64,000 nt of DNA from Longimicrobiales bacterium (lineage in GTDB: Bacteria > Gemmatimonadota > Gemmatimonadetes > Longimicrobiales > Gaopeijiaceae). A program made the position numbers and the translations under genes. The notes below the pieces were generated by a model, which worked only from the letters and a program-made list of their open reading frames with translations, made no database searches and was not told the DNA's origin. The stretch covers positions 1,312,001-1,376,000 of the forward strand of contig CAXXKM010000003.1 of NCBI GenBank assembly GCA_963664435.2. The letters run 5' to 3'. This document shows, one piece after another, positions 52,282 through 61,866 of this stretch. Every line of letters begins with the position of its first letter. The first letter of the stretch is position 1.

Positions 52282-54105
52282 ATGATGCGGACCATGCGGG
52301 ACAACACGAAGTGGATCATGCTGATCACGATGCTCGCCTTTGCCGCGCTGATGGTCTTCGAGTGGGGCATGGACATTACCGGCCGCACCGCCGGGCTGAG
52401 CGAGCTGGGCGAGGTAGACGGCGTGCCCGTCCTGTACGACCAGTACCAGTTCGCCTACCGCAATCTCTACGAGCGGACGCAGCTGGCCCAGGAAGAGGCG
52501 ATCACCTCCGACCAGAACCTCGAAATCGAGGATGCGGCCTTCGATGAGGTCGTGACCCAGATTCTGATCCGGCGCGAACTCGAACGGCGCGGCATCCGTG
52601 TGAGCGACGACGAGATCCGTCAGGCGGCGCGCTTCAGCCCTCCGCCGCAGTTCCAGGGGCTCGAGGGCTTTCAGACCGACGGCGTCTTCGACATGCAGAA
52701 GTACCAGGACTACCTCGCCACCGCTTCGGAGCTCGCCCTGGTGGAACTCGAAGCCTACTACCGCGACATCATCCCCCGCACCAAGCTCATGCGGCAGTTG
52801 AGCACGGGCATCTACCTTCCGGACGCCGCCCTCTGGTCGGCGTACAGGGACGAGAACGAACAGGTCGAAATCCGCTACCTGTCGCTGGATCCGGCCACGC
52901 GCATCGGCGATGACGAGGTCGAGGTCACCGATGCGGAGGTCGCGGCGTACTACAGGGAGAACCGTGACGACTTCGCGGTGCCCCCGAGGGCGACCGTGGT
53001 CGCCGTCGTGCTCGACAAGGATCCGACCGCCGCCGACACGGCGGCCGCGCGCGAGCGCGCCGAGGAGATACGGCAGGAGATCCTCGATGGGGCCGATTTC
53101 GCCGAGCTGGCGGGAGAGGAGTCGGCAGACGAGGGGTCGGCGGCCCTGGGCGGAACCCTCGGAACCTTCGCCCGCGGGGTGATGGTACCGGAATTCGATT
53201 CGGCGGCGTTCAGCACCCCGCTGGAGACGGTCACGGAGCCGGTCGGCACCCAGTTCGGATGGCACCTCATCGAAGTGACGTCGCGTACCGCCGACTCCGT
53301 GAGCGCGCGCCACATCCTGGTTCCCGTGGAGCGGACCGACGCCTCCGAGATCGATCTGCTGACCACCGCCGATTCCCTCGAGGTACTGGGCGAGAACCTC
53401 ACGCTCGGGGAGGCGGCGGGCGAGCTGGGCCTGGAGGCCACGCCGGTCGACATCACCGAGGACTTTCCGTTCGTGCTCGGTGCCGGCCAGGTGCGCGAGG
53501 GGTCCGAGTGGGCGTTCGAGGAAGCGGAGGAAGGAGATGTCAGCCCCGTCTTCGAGAACGCCGAAGCCTTCTACGCGCTGGAGTTGGTCGGCCGAGAGCC
53601 GGAGGAGGTTCTGCCGCTCGAACAGGCGCGCTCATCCATCGAGCAAACCCTGAGGCTGGAAAAGAAGATCGAGCGTGCCCTGGCTCAGGCCGAAGGAGCC
53701 GCCGAGGGTGGGGGCACTCTGGAGCAGATCGCCGCGCGGCTGGAGGCCGACATCGAGGAATCCCCTCCGTTCTCACGCAGCGACTTCGTTCCCGGGCTCG
53801 GGCGGCAGAACACGGTCATCGGGACCGCATTCGGTCTGGAGGCGGGTCAGCTGAGCGGCGTCGTGGAGGCCAACGGACGAGCGTTCGTCATCGAGTTGAC
53901 GGAGCGGATCCCGGCCGACAGCACCGCGTGGGAGGAGCAGAAGGTGATTCAGCGGGCGATGATCGGGGGAACCCTGGGCCAGCAGCGGCTGGACCAGTGG
54001 ATCACCAGCCTGCGTGAGCGCGCCCGCATCGTCGACCGCCGCCGGGAGGTCTTCCGGGCTCAGGAAGAGGCCGCGAACCAGACGCAACTGCCGCTGGCCT
54101 TCTAG
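52282..54105 (+). CDS. ppiD: PpiD/SurA-family peptidyl-prolyl isomerase chaperone
   Basis: N-terminal membrane anchor, SurA N domain, parvulin motifs (FAELA, GG.LG.F, MVPEF, TQFGWHLI, ARHILV). Confidence 0.88.
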   Translation: MMRTMRDNTKWIMLITMLAFAALMVFEWGMDITGRTAGLSELGEVDGVPVLYDQYQFAYRNLYERTQLAQEEAITSDQNLEIEDAAFDEVVTQILIRRELERRGIRVSDDEIRQAARFSPPPQFQGLEGFQTDGVFDMQKYQDYLATASELALVELEAYYRDIIPRTKLMRQLSTGIYLPDAALWSAYRDENEQVEIRYLSLDPATRIGDDEVEVTDAEVAAYYRENRDDFAVPPRATVVAVVLDKDPTAADTAAARERAEEIRQEILDGADFAELAGEESADEGSAALGGTLGTFARGVMVPEFDSAAFSTPLETVTEPVGTQFGWHLIEVTSRTADSVSARHILVPVERTDASEIDLLTTADSLEVLGENLTLGEAAGELGLEATPVDITEDFPFVLGAGQVREGSEWAFEEAEEGDVSPVFENAEAFYALELVGREPEEVLPLEQARSSIEQTLRLEKKIERALAQAEGAAEGGGTLEQIAARLEADIEESPPFSRSDFVPGLGRQNTVIGTAFGLEAGQLSGVVEANGRAFVIELTERIPADSTAWEEQKVIQRAMIGGTLGQQRLDQWITSLRERARIVDRRREVFRAQEEAANQTQLPLAF

Positions 54106-54141
54106 CCGGCGACGGCCTGACCGCCGTAACCGGATCCCTTC

Positions 54142-54420
54142 TCAGGCAGTCGTCCCGGCTTCCGCGCCGGCTTCTGTTCGACTGCCGAGTTTACGCGGCT
54201 CTCCACCCTCTTCCGAACTCTCCGCGGGAGAAGGCGTGACCATCTTGGGCTGCTGGGGCGTCTTCAGCTCACGCTCGATGTCCCGCACCGAACCCTTGAA
54301 TTCGCGAATCCCCTTGCCCAGGGACGAGCCGATTTCAGGGAGGCGCTTGGCGCCGAAGAGAAGCAAGAACACCAGGAAGATCAGGATGATCTCCCACATT
54401 CCAAGTCCGCTGAAACCCAT
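54142..54420 (-). CDS. tatA: Twin-arginine translocase TatA
   Basis: LLLFGAKRLPEIGSSLGKGIREFK. Confidence 0.95.
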   Translation of the reverse strand: MGFSGLGMWEIILIFLVFLLLFGAKRLPEIGSSLGKGIREFKGSVRDIERELKTPQQPKMVTPSPAESSEEGGEPRKLGSRTEAGAEAGTTA

Positions 54421-54516
54421 GACAGCTCCCTCCCGCTGATGACCGGCGAAGCGTGCTGGTCCGTTCTGTGTGCTCGGTCAATCTAACTTATACAGGCGTC
54501 GCGCGCGCCGGGTCCT

Positions 54517-54798
54517 TTAGAGCCAGGCGCGGACGATCGGCGCCACGATGCCGATTCCCGCCAGCGTGAGCACGTTGAAATGAAATGCCAGCGGCCCCAG
54601 CGTAATGTCAAGCGCAACCAGCCCCAGGGAGACCGGTCCCAGGCTCGCCGTTACCGCCGCGGTCAGGAACTCGCGGGTCGCGCTCTCGGGCATGAACTGC
54701 GCGAGACGGGTCAGCAGGGCACCCAGGATGAAGCCACCCACCAGGACCACCACCAACCGGGAATATGATGGCCTTCGAGCTTCAAGCAACTTAGCCAA
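54517..54798 (-). CDS. Small membrane protein, DUF4321-like
   Basis: Two hydrophobic segments; GGAGG SD before TTG at 54798; family assignment from recalled pattern. Confidence 0.65.
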   Translation of the reverse strand: MAKLLEARRPSYSRLVVVLVGGFILGALLTRLAQFMPESATREFLTAAVTASLGPVSLGLVALDITLGPLAFHFNVLTLAGIGIVAPIVRAWL

Positions 54799-54885
54799 TG
54801 CACGGCCTCCAACCGCGGCGTTCCCGCCCACGGAGCTTGTTGAACGACTTCGCCTCTGCTGCTGCGCGCCTGGACCCGCGAGGTT

Positions 54886-55884
54886 TCATCGACGCCGATC
54901 GACCACGTAGGCAATCGACGTGAGAAGCGCATCCTTCGCGGGCCCCTCCTCCAGATCTTCGAGCTCCGCGGCCGCCCAGCCGGCGTAGCGCTCTGCCCGC
55001 TCGCGCGCGTACTCGAGCCCGCCGAGTTCCTCCACCAGCCCGATGAGCCCGGCGATCTCCTCGTCGGAAGGATCGCGCCTGGAAAAGAACCTGCGAATCC
55101 CTTGCCGTTCCCGGTCCCCGGCCACCTTCATCGCTCCGATCAGGGGTAGCGTAACCTTCCGCTGACGCAGGTCGTGCCCCGTCGGTTTGCCGGTCACCGC
55201 CTCGGTCCCGGTGTAGTCCAGCAGGTCGTCGGCGATCTGAAACGCCATTCCGAGGTTGTGCCCGAAGCGCCGGAGCGCCGAGCACCGGGGACCCGGGCGG
55301 GTGGCGAGGGCGCCGATCTCGCAGGATGCGGCCATGAGGGATGCCGTCTTGGCCGCGATCAGGGCGTAGTAGTCCTCTTCGGAGAAGTCCAGGGCGTCGT
55401 AGGAGGTCAGCTGACGCATCTCTCCCAGACTCATCTCGTTGGCGGCGACTGCCAGGCACCGAAGCACGTCCAGATTGCCGACGCGGGTCAGCTCGGTGAC
55501 GGAGCGGCTGTACAGGTAGTCCCCCATGATGATCGCAACCTGATGCGACCACAGCGCGTTGACCGTCGGCAGGCCGCGGCGCAGCACGGAATGGTCCACG
55601 GCATCGTCGTGCACCAGGGTCGCGAGGTGCACCAGTTCGACCGCCGCCGCCAGAGTAACGGCGGGATCCCCGTCTCCCCCGCAGATCCGGTCCGCCAGGA
55701 GCACCAGGGTGGGGCGAAACATCTTGCCCCGCATGAGCAGGAGGTACTGGTTGACCTCGTCGGTCATCCCCAGATTCGCACGAACGATGCGCCGGAGCTC
55801 TTCGCGCACGCGCTCCAGATCCTCTCGCACCGGCTCCTGGATGTGGGCAAGCGTGGATCGAGTCGTGGTGACGGGCTGGGTCAA
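54886..55884 (-). CDS. Polyprenyl diphosphate synthase (IspB-like)
   Basis: GKMFRP, HDDAVD..RRG, GDYL, KTA, FQIADDLLD. Confidence 0.94.
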   Translation of the reverse strand: MTQPVTTTRSTLAHIQEPVREDLERVREELRRIVRANLGMTDEVNQYLLLMRGKMFRPTLVLLADRICGGDGDPAVTLAAAVELVHLATLVHDDAVDHSVLRRGLPTVNALWSHQVAIIMGDYLYSRSVTELTRVGNLDVLRCLAVAANEMSLGEMRQLTSYDALDFSEEDYYALIAAKTASLMAASCEIGALATRPGPRCSALRRFGHNLGMAFQIADDLLDYTGTEAVTGKPTGHDLRQRKVTLPLIGAMKVAGDRERQGIRRFFSRRDPSDEEIAGLIGLVEELGGLEYARERAERYAGWAAAELEDLEEGPAKDALLTSIAYVVDRRR

Positions 55885-55913
55885 CTACCTCTTCCGGAAA
55901 GGGTGAGCCTGGG

Positions 55914-56585
55914 TCAGGAGGGGTCGCCGGGAGCAGGATCCACCGCCTCGTCGGCCGTCCTCCTCAGGGCCCGGCCGAGATCGCGCTCGCGCGCCTCGAC
56001 ATCCTGAAAGCCAATGTCGATTGCGAGGGTCTTCCTGTAGAAGTCGTACGCCGCCCCGGCATTGCCGGACGCCTCCTGAGCCCGCCCCATATAGTAGTAG
56101 ATTCCAAGGAAGTCGTCTTCGCTCCCGGGGGGCAGTTCGAGGGCCTTCGCCAGCGCACCGGCCGCGAGAGCGGGCTGACCGGCGTCGAGGAAGCAGCGAC
56201 CCAGCATCTCATAGGCCGCCGGGCTCGCGGGGTCCTCCCGGACAGCGCGTTGAAACGCGCCGATGGCTTCATGGCCGAGCCCCATGATCCGGTACGCGGT
56301 GCCCATGTCCTGATGGGTGCGCGCGTCCCCGGAAGGAAGGTTGCGGATCAAGCGGGCCCTGAAACGCGACAATGCGGCCTTGAAGTCCTCGGCGGGTTCG
56401 GCATCCTCGTCCGTCTCGGTCAGGCGGGTCGCCGCCGAGCCCGACCCCCCGTCCAGGATCAGCGCCCTGAGGTCTACAAACGCGGAAGACGATTCGGATT
56501 CGCGGGTCGCCTCCCGAAGATCGGCGGGCGGTTCCGGGCCCGGGGGATGATCCTCGGACGGCTCGAGGCGCGCGTCGGCCGTCAT
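55914..56585 (-). CDS. TPR protein
   Basis: TH.DMG.AY..MGL..EAI..FQ, MLGRCF, YYMGRA.E..G, FQDV..R. Confidence 0.82.
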   Translation of the reverse strand: MTADARLEPSEDHPPGPEPPADLREATRESESSSAFVDLRALILDGGSGSAATRLTETDEDAEPAEDFKAALSRFRARLIRNLPSGDARTHQDMGTAYRIMGLGHEAIGAFQRAVREDPASPAAYEMLGRCFLDAGQPALAAGALAKALELPPGSEDDFLGIYYYMGRAQEASGNAGAAYDFYRKTLAIDIGFQDVEARERDLGRALRRTADEAVDPAPGDPS

Positions 56586-57484
56586 GAACGGACCCCCGCC
56601 AGCAGAGACCCGCGCAACCGGGACGGGTCGGGATCCAGCAGCTTCAGGCGCGAGGCGGCCGCGGAAAGGACCACGGCCTCGGGGATGGTGCCGATGACCT
56701 CGGTTTGTGCGACGCGGCCACCCAGTCGGTCCACCTCCGTTTCAATGGCTTCGAAGACGCGCATGGGCGGTGTGCGTTCCATGTCTTCCAGGTTCATGGA
56801 GATCTGAAATACCTCGCTGGAGGGCAGATATAGCCCCAGAGCCCTCAACCCGACAAATCCGCCGCCGCTCTCGCGCAGTCGGCACGCGATTCCCTTCACT
56901 TGCTCCAACGATAACCCCGATACGCAGACATTCCACGCGAGGAGGGGCGGCCGGGCTCCGACACAGGTCGCGCCTGCGGTGGGATGGACGCCCGGATGGC
57001 CCCAGGGCCGAGGCAGGATATCGGGCTCGCGGCCGATTGGGAATCCCTCCACCAGCGCCTCGAATCCCCCGGCGCGCAGAGAGGCCAGGGAGCGGCCGGC
57101 CCCGGCAGCCCCGTACAGGTACACCGGTATCCCCATCGCGGCGAGCGCTTTCGCCACCCTGCGCGCGCTCGCGGCCGCGTCCTGCATGGCGAGGCCGCGG
57201 GCGGGGATGAACGGGAGCACGTCGAGGGCGCCCACGCGCGGGTGTACGCCCGTGTGCCGCCGCAGATCGATGGCCTCCACCGCCAGACGCGCGACCGCCA
57301 GAGCCGCTCGCTCCACGACCGGAGGAGCGCCCGCGAAGGAGATGACCGAACGGTGGTGGTCCGGATCGGCGGTACGGGCCAACACCTCTGCGCCCTCGGA
57401 GGCGATGACCCGGGCGAACTCGCGAACCAGGGCAGGATCGCGGCCTTCGCTGAAGTTGGGGACCGCTTCAAGGACCGGCGTCAT
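56582..57484 (-). CDS. ftcD: Glutamate formimidoyltransferase
   Basis: EAVPNFSEGR, DHHRSV, HPRVGALDV.PF, HPTAGA..VGAR, QISMNL; no cyclodeaminase domain. Confidence 0.93.
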   Translation of the reverse strand: MTPVLEAVPNFSEGRDPALVREFARVIASEGAEVLARTADPDHHRSVISFAGAPPVVERAALAVARLAVEAIDLRRHTGVHPRVGALDVLPFIPARGLAMQDAAASARRVAKALAAMGIPVYLYGAAGAGRSLASLRAGGFEALVEGFPIGREPDILPRPWGHPGVHPTAGATCVGARPPLLAWNVCVSGLSLEQVKGIACRLRESGGGFVGLRALGLYLPSSEVFQISMNLEDMERTPPMRVFEAIETEVDRLGGRVAQTEVIGTIPEAVVLSAAASRLKLLDPDPSRLRGSLLAGVRS

Positions 57485-57490
57485 GTCGCG

Positions 57491-57519
57491 ATTATACCCC
57501 GGCGGCGCCGCCCTCTCAA
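57491..57519 (-). promoter_or_regulatory. Sigma70 promoter giving a leaderless ftcD mRNA
   Basis: TTGAGA-N17-TATAAT, then 6 nt, then ATG. Confidence 0.72.
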
Positions 57520-57580
57520 CCCGGATCGGTCAGCGGGAGAGCGCGCCGTCCCCGCCTGTCGGGGGAAGCCTCTTCCGGTG

Positions 57581-58753
57581 TCAGTTCCCGGTGCGGACCA
57601 GCACTGCCGGCACGCGGCGCTCCAGGCCGACATTGCCGGGCTGGAGTTGGTGCGCCCAGTCGAAGACCATCACCGCGCCATCGTCGAGGTAGCCCTGGCT
57701 GGAAATCCGCACCGCGGCGTAGTGGTGCCCTTCCGCTCCCGAATAACGGAGCACGTACGTGGTCGCGGAAAGAGCCTCGACCGCCTGGGTCGTGTAGTCC
57801 CCCGCGGGCGCGGTGGTCACGTCGATGCATCCGGCGTCGCTTCCGGGTCCGCACTTGAGCTGGCTGGTGGAAAAGACCCGGTTGTGGATCTCGGCGCCCG
57901 GTCCGGGAACCAGCCACCACCCGGACCGATCCTGTTCGAAACGGAAGTGTCGACCGGGCGCGTCTCCGTGAACGATGGGGCCGTCCTGCTCGTTCAGCGG
58001 AAAGCGAAAGCCTGAAGACGACGGCGCGTCGAGGTAGGAGTAGATCAGCTCCCCGTGATAATCGGGGCGCGGGGTCGCGCTCGCCATCGCGCTGCCTGCG
58101 CTCTCGTGCCCCTGGTCGTCGAGGGCGGAAACGAAGTAGCTGTAGGTCTCGCCGTTGTTCGCCCGCAGGTCGAGAAACCCCTCGGAGTCCGTCTCGCCCA
58201 GGAGGAAGGTGTCCCCGTCGTCGAGGTATACCTTGTAGTGGGAGAAGTCCGCGGCGGCGCGCGCGTCGTCGCTCCAGGTGAGGAAGACGGATCCATCCAG
58301 CGCCGTCGCCAGGACGGTGACCGGCACCGCGGGCGGATCGGGCATCGGAACGGCGACCTCGACCAGGTGGCTGGAAGGTGTTTCCAGTCCCGAGGCCCCG
58401 ACCGCCGCCACGTAGTACTCGTAGGTCACCCCCGCGGCCACGTTGGCGTCGCGGTACTCGCAGGCGCCTTCCGCGCAGCTGCTCACCTCCGCGATGAGAA
58501 AGTAGTCCGGGTCGGTGATGCGCCGGGCGTAGACGCGGAAGGATTCACCGCTCCAGCCGGGCGCCAGGGTCCATGTCACGGTGACCACCCCGGCGAAGTA
58601 GTGGGCATCCAGCGCGCGCGGCGCAGCGGGGGGATCGTCCAGACTGAGCAGCACTCCGTCCTCGTCACACGCCGTCAGGGCGCCCAGCAGGAGGAGGGCC
58701 TGCACGCTGCGAACATACCGTCCAACCGCATACCCCTGACCGAACATCGGCAC
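57581..58753 (-). CDS. Lipoprotein with two fibronectin type III-like domains
   Basis: LTAC lipobox; two repeats of PP.P..L.A, V.LTW, YKVY, TY.Y.V.A...G.ES; GGAGG SD. Confidence 0.8.
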   Translation of the reverse strand: MPMFGQGYAVGRYVRSVQALLLLGALTACDEDGVLLSLDDPPAAPRALDAHYFAGVVTVTWTLAPGWSGESFRVYARRITDPDYFLIAEVSSCAEGACEYRDANVAAGVTYEYYVAAVGASGLETPSSHLVEVAVPMPDPPAVPVTVLATALDGSVFLTWSDDARAAADFSHYKVYLDDGDTFLLGETDSEGFLDLRANNGETYSYFVSALDDQGHESAGSAMASATPRPDYHGELIYSYLDAPSSSGFRFPLNEQDGPIVHGDAPGRHFRFEQDRSGWWLVPGPGAEIHNRVFSTSQLKCGPGSDAGCIDVTTAPAGDYTTQAVEALSATTYVLRYSGAEGHHYAAVRISSQGYLDDGAVMVFDWAHQLQPGNVGLERRVPAVLVRTGN

Positions 58754-58812
58754 CTCCTCGTGGCATCCCCTGGAGCATTGCGGGCGTCTTCACCCATCAA
58801 CTCCGATCACCT

Positions 58813-58828
58813 TGCACGAGGTGTGCCA
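58813..58828 (-). promoter_or_regulatory. Candidate sigma54 promoter upstream of the FN3 lipoprotein
   Basis: Minus strand reads TGGCACACCTCGTGCA: GG-N10-GC. Confidence 0.58.
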
Positions 58829-58859
58829 CAACGCCTGCATGGCTGCGCAGGCGCGGGTG

Positions 58860-61800
58860 TCAGCGAAACTGTCCCGCCAGCGGGTCGGAACGGTCGTACT
58901 GCTGGTAGTCGAACTTCAGGTCGCGATTGTCGCTCAGCGCCACCTCGAAGCGGAACGCCCAGTTGCCGGTGACCGTGCGTCTGAAGTCGAAGTTGGCTTC
59001 CCAGCGATGCAACTGCCGGGTGAAGGTGATCATGTGGTCGTTGAACGACCCGAGTTCCATGTCGTAGGAGGTGCGCCAACTCGCCCGCCACAGCTCGGTG
59101 GGCTCGAAGCGGACGTTCAGTTGAAGCATCTGCCGGGCCATCTCGGCCTGCCGCGGGCGCTGTAGCGAATAGGAGACACTCGCGTCCCATCCGCTGCCGC
59201 CGCTGGACCGCCCCTGAGCGCTCGGCCTGCCGAAGTCGCGGGAGGTATCCCCGAACCCCGGCACGACCTGGCTTTCATCGAGGCCGCTGCTCGCCGTGAA
59301 GGGGTCTTCCTCCTCGAGGAGCTCTTCCTCTTCCGGTTCGGGCTCCGAAACTGTCTCTCCGTCGCCGCCCCCGAGGCCGATCAGCCCCCCGATCCAGCGC
59401 AGTGGCGGAGAAGCCGCGTTCAGGGAGAACGAGAGATCGAGCCCGGAGAGATGGGGCGCGAACTGCCGCCCCTCCCCTCCCTGAGCGCTCTCGTCGAACA
59501 GCAAGTGCTCCATGGAGATCTGCAGGCCGCGCAGGAAATCCGAGCTGATGCTGTTGGAGAGGGTGGTGGTCGTGAAGCCTTCCGTGAACTGGCCGAGAGA
59601 GTCCGCGCGCACGAAGTCGTAGTTGACCGCGCTGGTCTGCAGCGCCAGCAGCTGAACGATCTCCGCCCGCTCCCTGCGCCGCGGTTCCGCGCCGAGGTCC
59701 GGAGGAGCATCGTCTTCGCCCACCTCCGCTTCTTCCCCGGTCTCCCGTTTCGCCTCGAAGGTCTGGTTGAGCCGGATCCGCATCTCGTTCTTGGCGCGGA
59801 ACTCCCCGCGGCCGAAGACGGCGTCCTGGAGGTCCGTCTGCGTCACTGCCGGCGCGTAGGAGTAATCGAAGCCGGGTGAGAGTTTGTGGCGGATGGCGGA
59901 GAAGCCCCCCACACCCGGCCAGAGGCCGTAGAGGTCGGTCTTCAGCCCGGCACCGAAGGAAAGGCGGGTGGGCGCGGACACCAGCGACCCCGCCTCCGGA
60001 ATCTTGTTCGTCTGCAGCGCCCGGCCCGACATGGACAGGTTGGGCGTAAGGGTGGTGGTCCCGACGAGGCGTTGCTGGTAGCTGAGCGTCTGGGACCAGG
60101 TGAGGTCGGTGCTGCTCAGGTCGACGCGCTCAGGGAAGGCGCTGTCGGCCGCCGGCGCGACCACACGGCCGAACCAGGCCTCCAGGCGGTCGGCAGCCGC
60201 CAGGCCGGCGTCGGGCGCGAGGACCTCAAGCCCGTTCCGTGTCACGGCCTCGTCGAAGCTCAGGCTGTGCGACAGGGAGAGCGCGCCCAGGCTGAGACTC
60301 GACGACAGTCCCCCGCGCACGTTCTGCTTGTCCGCCAGGCTCTCCTTGAAGTCGCCCGGCGGCTGATCCAGCCGGTCCTCGATGCTGCGCGTGTAGTTCC
60401 CGCTTCCCGTCCAGATGACGTTGTTGTACCAGCTCGCCCGCGACGACGGGGCGGAGAAGAAGGTGATGGGCGACAGCGAGAGGTTGGCCGAGGGCAGCGT
60501 GAGCGAAATCCGGTCGTCGGACAGGAACTGGCGGCGGTTGGAACTCAGGGAGACGTTGCCCCAGTCGAAGCGGCGGTTGATCCCTCCCTGCGAGTCGATC
60601 GACTGCGTGACCTCGCGCGGGTCGAAGGAGTTCTGGCGCACGAAGTCCGTGGAGGAGGCGTAGCTGGACCGGAGTTCGAAGCGGGTGCGCTCGTCGAGTT
60701 CCCAGTTGTGGGAGGTGCTGAAGGCGAGCGTGGTGCTCCCGCCCTCCCGCCAGAAGTTGCGGAAGTTGATGTTGCCGCGCAGAAACTGCCGTAGCCAGCT
60801 GTAGTTCAGGGTCCCCGTCACGCCCACGTAGTTGTCGGCCCACCAGTCCATCGCCACCGATGCGTCGGCGTACTCATTGATGGCCCAGTAGAAGCCGAGG
60901 TTGGAGATGCGCCGGCTGTAGCCCGCCGAGCTGCGCACGATGTCGTTCACGCTGAAGCGCGGTGTCAGGATGCCGCTGGCGCGTCCGCGCTCGATGCTCT
61001 GGAACATGAAGGGGAACCAGAAGACGGGAACATCGTCGAAGTAGAGCTTCACCGACCTCGCCACCAGCACGTTGCCGGCCACGATCTTGATCTGGTTGGT
61101 GTCGAAGCGGTAGTGGGGATGCTCGAGATCGCAGGTGGTGAAGCCGACGTGCGCCCCGTGGACGACCTCGGACGTCACCGAGGGCAGGTCGCCGCTCACG
61201 ATCCAGGGACTGCCCGATTCCGCGAACTGGGTGCGCGCGCTGTAGGCGGTGCCGCGCCGGCTGTCGAGGCTGTAGATCATGGAGGTGCTGTTGAGGGGCT
61301 CGCCCTCGCGCCCGGTAAACACCGAAGCGCCCTCGGTCCAGAGCAGGCTCGTGGAGTCGTCCATCGTGATGGAGGAGTCGGCCTCCAGCTGCATGCGCTC
61401 CGCACCTTCCCGGAAGAATCGCGCACGCGCGTCCGATGAGCCGTAAAGGACCACCTCGCCGCTCGACCCGAACTCCAGCCCGGTTCCCTCGTACTGGCTG
61501 GCCTGGTATCCCGGAAGCGAGAGCAGGGCATTGAGCACGGAGTCCGGACCCGGGGCGACCGGCCGGGGAGCCCGTTCCGTCGAGTCGGGCAGTTCCCGAA
61601 GCGAGTCGGGGAGCGGCGGGGCGGCCAGGCGCTCGAGCAGCTGGAGAACCTGTACCCGCGCGGAGTCCACGACCACGGTCGTGTCGGGCGACTGTGGCGG
61701 GGCGATCGAGTCCGGGGCCTGCTGCCCGTGCGCCTGGAGGGGGAGGCCCGCCACCAGCAGCGGCAGAAGCACAGCGACCACCGGGTGCGGGAGCCGGCGG

Positions 61801-61862
61801 CGCGGATCCGGCAGCCGATGGCGCCGGAAGGGCATGGCCGCGCAGGAGTGACCGCGGGTCAT
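58860..61862 (-). CDS. lptD: LptD-like LPS-assembly outer membrane protein
   Basis: Signal peptide, FTTCDLEHPHY, VPVFWFPF, R.SGILTP, GFYWAIN, LHRWEANF; beta-barrel pattern. Confidence 0.8.
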   Translation of the reverse strand: MTRGHSCAAMPFRRHRLPDPRRRLPHPVVAVLLPLLVAGLPLQAHGQQAPDSIAPPQSPDTTVVVDSARVQVLQLLERLAAPPLPDSLRELPDSTERAPRPVAPGPDSVLNALLSLPGYQASQYEGTGLEFGSSGEVVLYGSSDARARFFREGAERMQLEADSSITMDDSTSLLWTEGASVFTGREGEPLNSTSMIYSLDSRRGTAYSARTQFAESGSPWIVSGDLPSVTSEVVHGAHVGFTTCDLEHPHYRFDTNQIKIVAGNVLVARSVKLYFDDVPVFWFPFMFQSIERGRASGILTPRFSVNDIVRSSAGYSRRISNLGFYWAINEYADASVAMDWWADNYVGVTGTLNYSWLRQFLRGNINFRNFWREGGSTTLAFSTSHNWELDERTRFELRSSYASSTDFVRQNSFDPREVTQSIDSQGGINRRFDWGNVSLSSNRRQFLSDDRISLTLPSANLSLSPITFFSAPSSRASWYNNVIWTGSGNYTRSIEDRLDQPPGDFKESLADKQNVRGGLSSSLSLGALSLSHSLSFDEAVTRNGLEVLAPDAGLAAADRLEAWFGRVVAPAADSAFPERVDLSSTDLTWSQTLSYQQRLVGTTTLTPNLSMSGRALQTNKIPEAGSLVSAPTRLSFGAGLKTDLYGLWPGVGGFSAIRHKLSPGFDYSYAPAVTQTDLQDAVFGRGEFRAKNEMRIRLNQTFEAKRETGEEAEVGEDDAPPDLGAEPRRRERAEIVQLLALQTSAVNYDFVRADSLGQFTEGFTTTTLSNSISSDFLRGLQISMEHLLFDESAQGGEGRQFAPHLSGLDLSFSLNAASPPLRWIGGLIGLGGGDGETVSEPEPEEEELLEEEDPFTASSGLDESQVVPGFGDTSRDFGRPSAQGRSSGGSGWDASVSYSLQRPRQAEMARQMLQLNVRFEPTELWRASWRTSYDMELGSFNDHMITFTRQLHRWEANFDFRRTVTGNWAFRFEVALSDNRDLKFDYQQYDRSDPLAGQFR

Positions 61863-61866
61863 GACC

